Shown here one piece after another: positions 41,382-52,999 of a DNA stretch of 64,000 nucleotides (position 1 is its first letter; each line of letters starts with the position of its first letter). Below the pieces are notes generated by a model. That model was given only the letters and a program-made list of their open reading frames with translations, was not told the DNA's origin and did no database searches. A program made the translations under genes and the position numbers. This stretch comes from Eledone cirrhosa (Eukaryota): positions 308,698,001 through 308,762,000 of the forward strand of contig OZ024743.1 of NCBI GenBank assembly GCA_964016885.1, in the 5' to 3' direction.

Positions 41382-42019
41382 AAAGAATGTCTTGCTAATG
41401 TGGTTTCATGTGATATGGAAGGATTTACTAAGATTGCTAAATATTTTATGAAGATGGTATTTGTAACATAACAAAGGGGGGGGTCCCTTTCTGGCACCAA
41501 CAATTTTAGTAGCTTATGACACCAGGGGATATGGTGTACATATTCTTAACTTGATACATTGCTCCTTTTTATTATATATAGTTGTCTGAACTTCTGTTCT
41601 CGATTGAAAATGGATCCACAGTAAAAAAAGAAATCTTATTGTATATAACTTATAATATTTAAGTAGTTACAAGCTTTTCTTCAAGAAAATTACTTTATTT
41701 TCAGAAATGATTAAAAAAATAGAAAGATTTTATTGTTAGGCTCCCTGGACACATCTGTTTGAAAGGTTATGATAGGTCTGTCTTTTCATATGTAGATTTC
41801 TCTGAATATATTAAACACAACTGTTAGAATATATAGCTGAAGTATAGGTCCACACACATATTAATATCGTAATTTTTTTTGCTTGCTTCTCAACCGATAA
41901 TACTGCAGTTGTGTGAGTTTTGGGAATAGTTTTTTTGTTCACAATATTCATTCACCACCACCATCATGTCCTTTTTTTTTTTTCATGCTCTTCTCATACA
42001 ATATTGAAACAAGGTCTGT

Positions 42020-42051
<32 letters not shown>

Positions 42052-43290
42052 TTTTTGTACCTCTGTTGTTTCCTTGAACTATATATATGTATTTTATCAT
42101 CTTTGTAATGTTATCAACTAAAAAAGATAAAGAAAGAAAACAATGTTGCTTTTAGTTATTACACTTCATCCCCATGGTGCAAAAGCACAGACTGAAAAAA
42201 TTCTTTTGTTCAATTGATATGTATACTCAACCTAAATCTCAATAACTTCTATTTTATATAATCAATCTCAGTAGAGGCCAATCTTTTTCTAAAAGAACAT
42301 ATCAAAGTTTTAAAAAAAATCTTTTTACCATTTTATTTTATTTTTACACATTAAGAAACAAAATAAAACAAAAAAATCAGATAATATTCTTGACATTTGT
42401 CATTTCATTTGTTAAAGTTTATCAACTCTTTCTGTCTATTACTGGCCACCAATTCCAAGAGACACAAAGTTTTATTCTTCAAATGTGCATCCACTTTTTT
42501 CCATCACCTCACCACGGGGTGTTTTACCAAATTTTCTCAACTATTATTTTTAGTGGTTAATCATTGTGGTCATCAATTTAATTTTAAAATAATATAAAAT
42601 AAATTTTAAAAAATTAACTGAAATTGTTATGAACCCATGTCCTCAAATTGGTGTTCACCACAATTTACACAGCTACAAAGTCTTCCTTTAACACTTTCAC
42701 AAACAATTTTCCACAAGGTTCTTTGGGGATTAATTTCTTAAAATGCATCTTTAATATAATTTTTCAAATCTGAATCACTTTTTGATTTTCGTCTATTATG
42801 ATATTTAATATAAGCACCATAGTTATAACATAAAACAAACCCTATTTGATGTACAGTTTACCTACATTTGGTTTACCTTGTGTGTGTGTACACACAGACA
42901 CACACTATGTCAATCCAGTTTTGAATTGGTATACTGCATGGCTACATATTGTAAGAAACGATTAAAAGGGTTTGTGTCAAGAAGGGCATTTGGCTGCCTC
43001 AAAATGTCTTGTTCAACCCATGCCAGCATGGAAAAGTTGACGTAAAAAAATCAATGATGATCATCATTTAATGTCGATTTTTTTTTTTTTTTATCCATGT
43101 TTCCATGGGTTGATGATTACATATATATGAGTCCTGGGTTCAATCGAAGGTAACCACAATTAGTTAAGTACTCAATACATTAGTAGAGTGTAAACATCAA
43201 GTTCAATATAGAAATGACTTCTACAGGACTAGGGCTTTCCTGATGATTTCTTTTGAATGAAACAGTTCTAGTCTTGTAAAAGCCATTTCC

Positions 43291-43322
<32 letters not shown>

Positions 43323-44383
43323 AAAAAGCAAGTAAGATAAAATCATAACAAATTAACTTACTTCAGCTGTCCCAACCACGGTTTTGACGTGTAAAATCTA
43401 TATTAGATATTCTAATAAGTTAGGGCATCGAATGTTGGGAGAACAATGGCTCCTAAGGGGACTTGCTCACAATAGGAATCTTCAAATGACCACTGCATAT
43501 GATTTTTTAATATATATGAATCGCATCTGTAGTTTCCTCTCTACCAAATTTCACTCCTCAGGCAAAAGCATTGGCCAAACTAAGGCTACAGTAGAAGACT
43601 CTTACCAAGAGTTCTATACACTGGGACTAAACCATAAACTAAGTTACTGCAAAATGAGCTCCTTAACCACACAGCCATGCCGGATATGTATATTCAGCTT
43701 AAATCACTTTAACCTCTTTTTATATAATCAGTTCCTCTATAGTTCAATAATCATCTCATTCTATTAAAAATAACCACATTTTCTTTTTTGTTTCTTTTTC
43801 ATCTTTTTTCTTTCTTTTCACAAATCCAAATATATTGAACGAGATAACATTCTTGCCAAGGAAACAAATTGGCGGAGTCTTTAGAACATCAGATAAAATG
43901 CTTTGTGGCATTCGTTTTGGCTTGCTGCTCTGAGTTCAAATCCTGCCGAGGTCAACTTTGTTTTTCATCCTTTTGAGGCCAATAAAAAAAAAAAAGTATC
44001 AGTCAAGTGCTGGGGTCGATTCATACTCTATATTCCTTTCTCATTTCTGTTCTCTCACTCACTAAACTTCTCTGGAAGAAATCTATTGTATTCAGACCTG
44101 GAGAGGAGATTGGCTCTGCCAGGTTAAAAAAAATTGCATAGGTTTATTGAGTCCTCTTCCGTAAAACATCTTTCACCTTGTTTCTTTCCTTTATCATCTC
44201 CTTGTGAAGTGCCATTTCTTGAGGTCATCTTTCACCACTTCTACCCAAGTTTTTCTTGGCCTACCTTTCCTCCAGTTTCCTTTCACTTTTAACTCCTGGC
44301 ATTTCTTCGTATATGCAATTTTTTCTCCTGCATACAACATCTTATTCCTCCTATACTCCATTGTTCTCTCAGTTCATCCATGC

Positions 44384-44385
<2 letters not shown>

Positions 44386-44414
<29 letters not shown>

Positions 44415-45048
44415 GGTTTAGCGTCCGTGTTCCACGCTTGCATGGGTTTGGACGGGGGTTTTCCCACTTGAGGCAAGAGTGGTTGTCTTGCTCGCATAGG
44501 ACTGTCTGGCGGGTTTTCTACAGTTGGATGCCCTTCCTAACACCAACCACATTTACAGTGTGGGGCTGGGAGGTTTTTACCGTGTTGCCTACACGGCCAC
44601 ATTACAGCGTGGACTGTCTGGCGGGTTTTCTACAGCTGGATGCCCTTCCTAACACCAACCACATTTACAGTGTGGGGCTGGGAGGTTTTTACCGTGTTGC
44701 CTACACGGCCACATTTACAGCGTGGACTGTGTGTTTTTTGTCGTGACACCTACACGATCTCATTTGTTTCGGCCTGGATGTTGTGGGACCAACATAACTG
44801 TACATTGAAAGGGGCGGTGTGGATGGGGTGGAGGTGGTGGGACGGGGGGGTGTTTTGATAGAGATGCCTACTGACTGTAGTAGGTTTTTACTTTGTATTT
44901 AGGTAAGGCGGGTCTTCTCTATTACTGAGTACCGCCAAAGGTCTCGGTCCAGTGACATTGTCTTGGAGAGGTGTAAGCGTGTGAGGTCGGAATTTATTAG
45001 CTCGTCCCATGTTTTTCTGGGTCTGCCTACTCCGTGGCTACCGTCTAT
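44386..45048 (-). mobile_element. RTE-type LINE family B, 3' fragment with internal 112-bp tandem duplication
   Basis: Reverse complement of about 29945-30483. (CAT)n at the left end. 44499-44610 is repeated at 44611-44723. Confidence 0.88.
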
Positions 45049-46848
45049 CATTCATGCAAATTAATTACAAATATTATATTGCAGTTATAGGGATGTTTGT
45101 TCTCCACAACCCTTTTCTAACAAAAACAAGCTTTTTCTTCATTAAGAAATCCTAATATAATTTAGTTTGATTAATGTATGTTTTAAAAAATTAGTTCTCT
45201 ATAGACATTTCCAGTGTCATTTCACTATTGCCATTAGTAGAATGAATGCAGCAGAAGTAAGATGGCTGACCCACCTACCTCTCTCTGCCCTAAACCTGAA
45301 GAAGCAGAGAAATGTTACAACACTCATGTCCCATCTCCCACCCACTAATATACTCCTGAAATCCTCTGATCCCCTTCTCCATTATAAACCCGAAGAAACA
45401 GAGATATTGAACAACCCTCAGGTCTTCACTTGCCAATATACTATTGACTTCTTTGCTCAACCCATGCTAGTGTGGAAATCTAGGAGGAACCTTGACTGAT
45501 TCACCTCCCACGCTGAACTCCCACCATTTTCCCAACCAAAAAAAGCCTAGCACACCTCCAAAATGGCACCACCCACACAACCAATTGCCCTAAGCAGTAT
45601 ATAAATGCCCTCCTTTTATGCCACCACAATGGCCCCTCTCCAGCAATGACATGGAGGTACATACCCTCCTAAGCACAACCATGCATAATGAGATTGTGCT
45701 GGTGCCACTATAAAAGCACCCAGTCCACCTTATAACGTGGTAGTGTTGGAGTCACAATAAAATGTTCTCAGTATATGCTGTAAAGTGATTGATGTTATGA
45801 AGAAATTGATGTTATGTAGAAATCATGCCAAAACAAAGTGAATGAGAAGAACCTAGTCACCTAACCAGTTTGGCATTAACGGTGATGATGATGATGATCA
45901 TATATACCTTTATTTCTGTTCCACTCTCTTCAGAATGGGGTCATTGGAATGTATTGGTCCATTAGGATTGTCACTGTTTTACAACCATTTTCACAGTTGG
46001 ATGGGTTGTCACATTCTGAGACTAGACATTTTGGCATGATTTCTGTTGTTGGATGTCCTGCCCAATGCCAACCATTTTACAGTGTACACTGAGTGCATTT
46101 TTATTTATACTCGCACTACCACCATACAGAGTGGGATGGGTGTATTTTATTGTGGAACCAGCACTACCTCCATACAGAGTGTTCTGGGTGCGTTCTATTG
46201 TGACACCACCACTATATAATTGACATTATTACCCGCCGAGGTTAACTTTGCCTTTCATCCTTACAGGGTCGATAAAATAAAGTACCAGTAATGTACTGGG
46301 CAATTGCTGGCCTTGTGCCAAAAGTAGAAACAATTATTACCATATATTCGTTCCATGCTGGCATGACTTAGATGGGTTGTTTTAGACTAAATCAGCACCT
46401 AATTGGATAAACTACTATCTGAGATGATCTGGAGACCATGTTTTATTTCTATATGTTCTGGTTTCGGCATGGCTTCTACAGCTGAATGCTCTTCCTAACA
46501 TCAACCAATTTACAAAGTATACTATGATGATGATGCTAGATGTATTTTATTTTGGTGCCAACATAAGGAAGGTTGTCATGTCTTTGGTACAACTGATGGG
46601 TCTGCTTGCTCTTTCTGACAGCAATCCTTTTAGTTGCCTCTTACAAGAACATAGTGTATCTATTCTAAACTGGATACACACAGTACTTCTAAGAACAATG
46701 TGTAGAATGCAATTTCAATTAAATTTTAAATTATGCAAAGGTTGATACTTCTCATGATCAAATTTCTAATAAAATACATTTTCAATTTGTTAATGAAGAA
46801 TTTTTAAGGATTTACTAAAATTGTTAGTTATTTCATAACTAAAATAGT

Positions 46849-49800
46849 TGTGTGTATACATCTATGACTGATGCATCAGGATGCATCTTCAGTGATGTGC
46901 CTGGTATCATCGGGTGTTTCGGGTCTTTCAACATCATACACCCTTCTCCAGGTGACCCATCTGGGGCTGATCAGACCCCAGCTTGTGTCCAGATGGCCAG
47001 CTAGCTACCATGACTCTATGGCTCTCCTCTTTTGATCCACAGCCATCTTGAGGCCCTCTCTGCCACGTCGGTGGTACTGCGGATAGCCTTCCTCCTTCTT
47101 ACTCCCTCGATGCCCAAACTGCTGAAGGCTCTGGTCAGGGAACGAGCTGCGAAACCCCTGCATCCAACCTCCACTGGGAGATACCTCGCTCTCCAACCAG
47201 CCCGCTGACAGTCACTGACCAGAACCGTGTACTTGGAGAGCTTTCTCTCAAAGGCTTCTTCCAGGCGATCTTCCCATGGTACAGTCAACTCCAGCAGCAC
47301 TAATTACTTGGTGGACTCAGACACGAGGACAATGTCTGGTCGCAGAGTGGTGACCGCAATGTGGTCAGGGAACTTTAACTGACACTCAAGATCCACCAAT
47401 AGCTGCCAGTCTCTTGCAGATGTTAGGATGCCCACCGATGTTTTCCTGATAGGAGTTGGCTGCTCCCCAGCTCTGACAAAGGCGATGGTTTTCTTGGAGG
47501 GTCGGAACCGCATCGCCCACACAAGTCCTGCGCTGATGGCTTCAGCGATGGTCTTAAGGACTTGGTCATGCCTCCAGTGGTACCGTCCTTCTCCAAGTGC
47601 CCCTGTGCAGCAGCTGAGGATGTGTTCCAGGGTTCCTCGCTTGGAGCACAACGCACATGCCAGTGTCTCTGCTATGCCCCATGTGTGCAGGTTTGATGGG
47701 CTTGGAAGCACATCGTACATTGCCTGGATGAGGAATTTAATGCGGTGAGGCTCGGCTTTCCACAGCTCAGCCCAGGTCACTTTCCCCTCAACCGCATTCT
47801 CCCATGTTGTCCAATCTCCCTGTTGCTTCATTCCTACTGCCTTGCAAGTTCTCATTTCCTCCACTGCAGCTCTCACCTCCTCCTGAACAAGGCGGCGCCC
47901 TTCCTTCCCGCTGGTGTTCGTTTGGGGAGTCGGAAAGGAGCCTAGCCCAGCTCTGCCTCGTGTGACCACTCCCACAAGTCTCCTTTGGAGCAGCCTTGCC
48001 TCTGCCTCTTGAACTGCATTCTCTGCCCTCCACTTCCTGCCAGTCCTCACTTGGATCCCTGCTTTAGCCACCTTCGGGTCACAAGAGTCCCTGTACTGGA
48101 CCACTTGTCTGGCTCTTGCCACCTTGAACTCCTCCTCCAATGATTTGAAGGGCAATTGCAGTTTGGTGTTGTTACCGTAGAGCGCGATGCTGCTCAGGCT
48201 CCTTGGCAATCCAAGCCATCTCTGGAGGTGGCTGCTGACCCTCCTCTCTAAGGTCTCCACTGTTGAGATGAGGACTGCATAGACAAGGAGGGGCCACAGG
48301 ATTCTGGGAAGAATGCCATGTTGGTAGGCCTGACTTGTCCACGGATTTCAGCCAGCCATCCAACTCAATGCAGGCTGACTGGATAGATGTAGTATCTCTC
48401 AATGAGCTGTCGAAAATCTTGCCCAAGCTGTTGACTGGCTTTTCTGTGATTGTTGGAATGGCCGTTCCTGAGATGGTAAACTGGAACTTGTCCTCCACCT
48501 TCCTTTTCCTCAGCACCATAGATCTTGATTTGGTTGGTTTGAAACGCATCCGGGCCCACTCCATCACCTTTTCAAGTCCCTGCAGAATCCACTGGCAGCC
48601 TGGGGCTGATTCTGTCATGACTGTGAGATCATCCATGAACGCCCTAATGGGTGGTTGCCTTTGTCCGGATTTCGATAGGGGCCCTCTGCACTCTGGCTCA
48701 GCAGACTTGGTAATCATGTTCATGGCTAGGGAGAATAGTGTCACAGAGATAGTGCACCCCGTGATGATGCCGATTTCCACCTTGTGCCAGCGTGATGTTA
48801 TTGCTCCCGAATAGACCCTCATCCTGAAATTGGTGTAGTAATCAGTGTTGAGGTCTCTGCACCTGCTTGGGATATGATATTTTGTCAACGTGAGCTGTAC
48901 CAGCTTGTGTGGAATAGAGCCGAATGCATTTGCCAGGTCAAGCCACAGCACATACAGGTTACCCCTGTTCTCTCTTGCCTCTCGATTCAGCTGTGTTACC
49001 ACATTGATATGCTCCAGACAGCCTGGTATTCCTAAAATGCCACCCTTCTGTACAGATGTATCGATGTAGGAGTTCTGACCCAGGTAGGCACACAGCCGTT
49101 TGGAAACAATGCTGAAGAAGATCTTTGCCTCCACACACAGCAGGGAGATGATGCGGAATTGGTCTATTTGGGTGGAGTTTTCCTCCTTCGGGACCCACAC
49201 TCCCTCAGCTACTCTCCATTGTTCTGGGATCCTCCTTCTTCTCCAGAAGATTCGCAGGATTTTCCACAGACGCAGCAGAAGTTTGGGACAGTTCTTATAC
49301 ACTTTGTATGAAGTGCCACTTGGTCTTGGAGCAGAGCTTGCCCCTGCTCTGCGGACAACCTCCCCGACTTCCTTTAGCTGCAGCTCTGTCATGTCAAACT
49401 GCACCTCTAGTTCAATGGGTCTATGAGGATGTTACACTCTCCCAACTCCTGCTCTCTTGCGGGGTCGCCGTACGTCTTCTTCAGATGCCGGTTTATGTCT
49501 TACTGCGAGGAGGCAAGTTTACCACTGCACTTCTGCCCCAACAAATCCTTAGTGAACTTGAAGGGGTTGGAGATAAAGGCAGCACGCTTGTGCGCCTCTC
49601 ACGGCGCTGCTTTCGGTGCCATTCAGCCTGGCAGAGAACCCTGAGCTTTTTCCGTAGGCTGCACATTAGCTGGGCCAGGCCAATGTGTTCCTCATCTCCG
49701 GCCTTCTTGTATTGGGACTTCAATGCCTTCATATCCTGCCTGATGTTATGGATCCTAACAGCTCTTTGATTCATTGAGGAAGTTGTTCTGGAGCTTTTCT

Positions 49801-49968
49801 TCTCCTCGCCGAATCGTCCAGCTGCGAAACTCACAATGATTGTTGTCATAGCTTGTAGCCTCCTGTCAGCCTTTCCCCTTACCATTGCCTCCAGAATTTG
49901 GTCGACATCATCATCGAACTGCTTCCACAGTGAGGTCATGCTAGCTGCTGGCCATTTGATCCGCCTCC
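46849..49968 (-). mobile_element. 5'-truncated non-LTR retrotransposon with restriction-like endonuclease (HERO-type)
   Basis: RT with LDLANAFGS, GIITGCTISV and AFMDD. CCHC knuckle CALC..GTLEHILSCC, RHD, and RLE LRPDIVL...LELTVPWE...KLSKY. The 18-bp TSD TTTCATAACTAAAATAGT lies at 46831-46848 and 49969-49986. Confidence 0.92.
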
Positions 49969-50159
49969 TTTCATAACTAAAATAGTGACTTAACTGGAAG
50001 ATTTAATTTAGATAAGAACCCTTTAAAATGGGTGGAACCAGAACCAATTCTGAATGGCTTTGTATCAGTAAGGTTAAAGGTCTTAGATTCTCTAACAAGT
50101 ACTCGCAAAGTCTTGTCAATGAATGATTAAGAAAAAGAGGAATCTTTTATTATTTTCAG

Positions 50160-50364
50160 ATCTCATCTTCACAGCCCAGCATAAGTATGCTAACGCAAGC
50201 CAAAACAGCCAAAATGACACAACCTACCTTACAGACCAAAATGTATAAAACTTGGAGTATGTCTTGTTTACGTCCAGCTCCACCCATGAGGCCTTCTACA
50301 TCAGAAAGGGATGCTTTGAAAAGTCCGCGCTCAGGAAGAAAGCCAGGAATGAGAAGAAAACCAG
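50160..50364 (+). CDS. ARHGEF7: Internal exon of ARHGEF7/beta-PIX-like gene (post-PH proline-rich region)
   Basis: Acceptor tattttcag and donor CAG|gtaggt. 205 nt, phase 0 to phase 1, compatible with the previous exon. Encodes ISSSQPSISMLTQ...WSMSCLRPAPPMRPS...KSPRSGRKPGMRRKP, matching the PIX signature WSLSCLRPAPPLRPS...KSPK...KRKP. Confidence 0.9.
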
Positions 50365-50926
50365 GTAGGTGAAATAGTTATTCCAGGCTAGTCCAGTTCT
50401 CTTCAGCCATTCACATTTGTTCTATATTTCTCTTTTCTCATTGAAATGTTTTGACAAAATTTATTTTTTACTCTCTTTTATTTTATATTTGTAGAAATAA
50501 AGAAAAAAGCAATAATGGAAGATTTAAGTATGATAGCCTGTCTTTGATTAAAAAAATTCTTGTTTGAGCTTAACACACATTTCACTTATTTTTATATGCT
50601 GTTTAGTTGTGTAGACAACTTTCCATTCCCTCCCCCCACCCTCCCCCGAACACTTTTCCTCTAATCTTATTTAATATGCAAGATAGCAAGAAGAAAAAAT
50701 AATAATAAATACTATTAACACTGTTTTCAAGTTAAGTTTAGTTGCTATTGGTGCTATTTTGAGAAAGATAACTGCCTGGTAAAAAATATCATTGAACCAG
50801 TATTTGATATTTATTTGTGACAAACATTATCTAACATTTAACAGTATCTTGAAAAACTTGTTTTAATTAAATTGTTATCAGATGGCTGTGTTTTTCATTG
50901 GTATAGTGTACTTGTGGAAAAACATA

Positions 50927-50974
<48 letters not shown>

Positions 50975-51455
50975 CTCGTTTTATAGAATATTACTTTGAA
51001 TTATGTCTATAGATTATTATTTTTGTCCATCCATTGCAGTTATTGTTGGTATTGTGTTTCAATTTGAAATTTAATTAAACAAGCCAAGCTTAGTGAAGTT
51101 AAATCAGTAACCGACATTGGATATATATTTATTTATTTTTTATTCCGGACGAAAAATAGTTTTATCAGTTCTTGCAATATTTGGATTGCGAATTAGATCT
51201 AATATCATCTTAAAGTAGAATTCAAAGTCTTACTCTTTTCTCTTTCTTTCTTTCTTCTACTTCACTTTTTGTCCTCTGCATAGCCAGTAATCAAACAAAA
51301 CTAATTTAACCAGTGTTTCTGCTTCTTCACATTTTTTTTACTAGTATTTACATTTTGTTCCAACATGGTTTTCTATCTAAGCATTTAGAATTAGACATGT
51401 ACGTATATGTGTACATGTATGAATGTACATGATTGTATGTACATGTATGTATGTG

Positions 51456-51490
<35 letters not shown>

Positions 51491-51493
51491 ATA

Positions 51494-52635
51494 CAGGGTG
51501 CGGATGATATTTGTTCGCAAGATTACTGTCTAGGAAAAAAATAACACAGTAGTTCTATTTTTTAAGATATATTTATCAAACTTGGGTCAGTTTGTCTTCA
51601 TGACTTGGTCTTTCGATCTCACTCGATAAACCCGCCATTGGCATTGATGACGGCCTGAAGGCGGCCTCGGAACCGACTACAGGCCTTCGTCACTGTCCCT
51701 CGACTTAGGCCCCTAAAGCCACTTGTGATCCTGGCCTTCAGATCGTCTTTCATATTGCAGCTAGATCTGTTGGTGTCTTGTTCCACTGCGCCCCACACAA
51801 AGAAGTCGAAGGGGTTGCAGTCAGGCGAGCTGGGAGGCCAGATGTCGGTGAAATGTGGTCGACGAAGTTCTCTGACAGCCAGGCTTGGGTCTTTCGGCTC
51901 GTATGGCAGGGCGCTGAGTCTTGCTGCCACACGTATGGCCTACCTGCAGCTACTCGGTGTTCAGCTTGAGGCCCTCAGGGAAGAAGTGCGGTGGCATGAC
52001 GTCACCTTGACTGCTGATGACACCTAAGACCAATGTTGTCGCTGGAAACTTTGTCTGCATGACTCTGGGCATGTTTTTGGATGAGACAGTGAGCCACCTG
52101 TTGTTCTGATCTTCTGGTCTTGGCAGAAGTTTTTCTCGTCGGAGAAAAACCACAGCATGTCTGGCTCCAGTGGGTGTTTCAACTTGTTGATCAGCTTCTT
52201 TGCGTGCTTCAGTCGCTTTTCTTGCATCACCTTTGACAGAAATTGTCCTTTCATCATCTTGTATGAAACGTAGCGAATGTCTTCATGTACCACCAGCCTA
52301 ATGAGCTTTTCATCCATGCCTTTCTCCCTTGCAATGGCACGCATTGACTGCTAGGTTCATTGTTGATGATATCCTGAACTTCAGCGTCGAACTTGGGCGT
52401 TCTGAAGGCGTCAGATCGTCGATCGTGTGTTTTCCTCTCTGATGTTGCTTCGTAGTCGAATCCTGAATCTTCCAATTCCTTTCTGACCTTTTCCACCATT
52501 CTCCTGCTGACGCTGAGAAAGTCTGAAATTTCCTTATTTGTCCTCCCAGCGCGGATTCCAAGAAGAACTCCGTGTCTCTTCCACAAATTTGGAGTTCAAA
52601 ATTATTCATAATCAATTATTCTGAAAATAAATAAT
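51494..52635 (-). mobile_element. Tc1/mariner-superfamily DD37D (maT-type) transposon, frameshifted, one TIR missing
   Basis: TA + CAGGGTG terminus at 51492-51500. Catalytic motifs FFSDEK, WQQDSAPCH and WPPSSPDCNPFD, with 37 residues between the 2nd and 3rd Asp after correcting one frameshift. Confidence 0.88.
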
Positions 52636-52902
52636 TTAGGTAAGGCGGGTCTTCTCTATTACTGAGTACCGCCAAAGGTCTCGGTCCAGTGACATTGTCT
52701 TGGTGAGGTGTAAGTGTGTGAGGTCGGAGTTTATCAGCTCGTCCCAGGTTTTTCTGGGTCTGCCTATTCCGTGGCTACCGTCTATCTTTATTGCCCTGCA
52801 CTTTGTTATACAGCTATCGTCCTTCATGCGCATCACGTGAGCATACCAACGTAGCCTTCTCTCGAGTAAACAACATCTGATCCCTCTTATTTCTAATTTT
52901 TT
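52636..52902 (-). mobile_element. RTE-type family B fragment (last about 88 codons), lacking its 3' UTR
   Basis: Encodes KKLEIRGIRCCLLERRLRW...EKTRLT*. It abuts the maT element on one side and a (TA)n tract on the other. Confidence 0.88.
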
Positions 52903-52958
52903 TATATATGGATATATATATATATATGTATATATATATATGTATACGTATATATATG

Positions 52959-52996
<38 letters not shown>

Positions 52997-52999
52997 TAT

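Noticed and set aside
46880-46990. Hammerhead in the HERO 3' UTR (minus strand GGGTGTATGATG...GAAACACCC)
   Set aside because: The core box is imperfect and there is no room for stem I; it is better explained as a simple 3' stem-loop.
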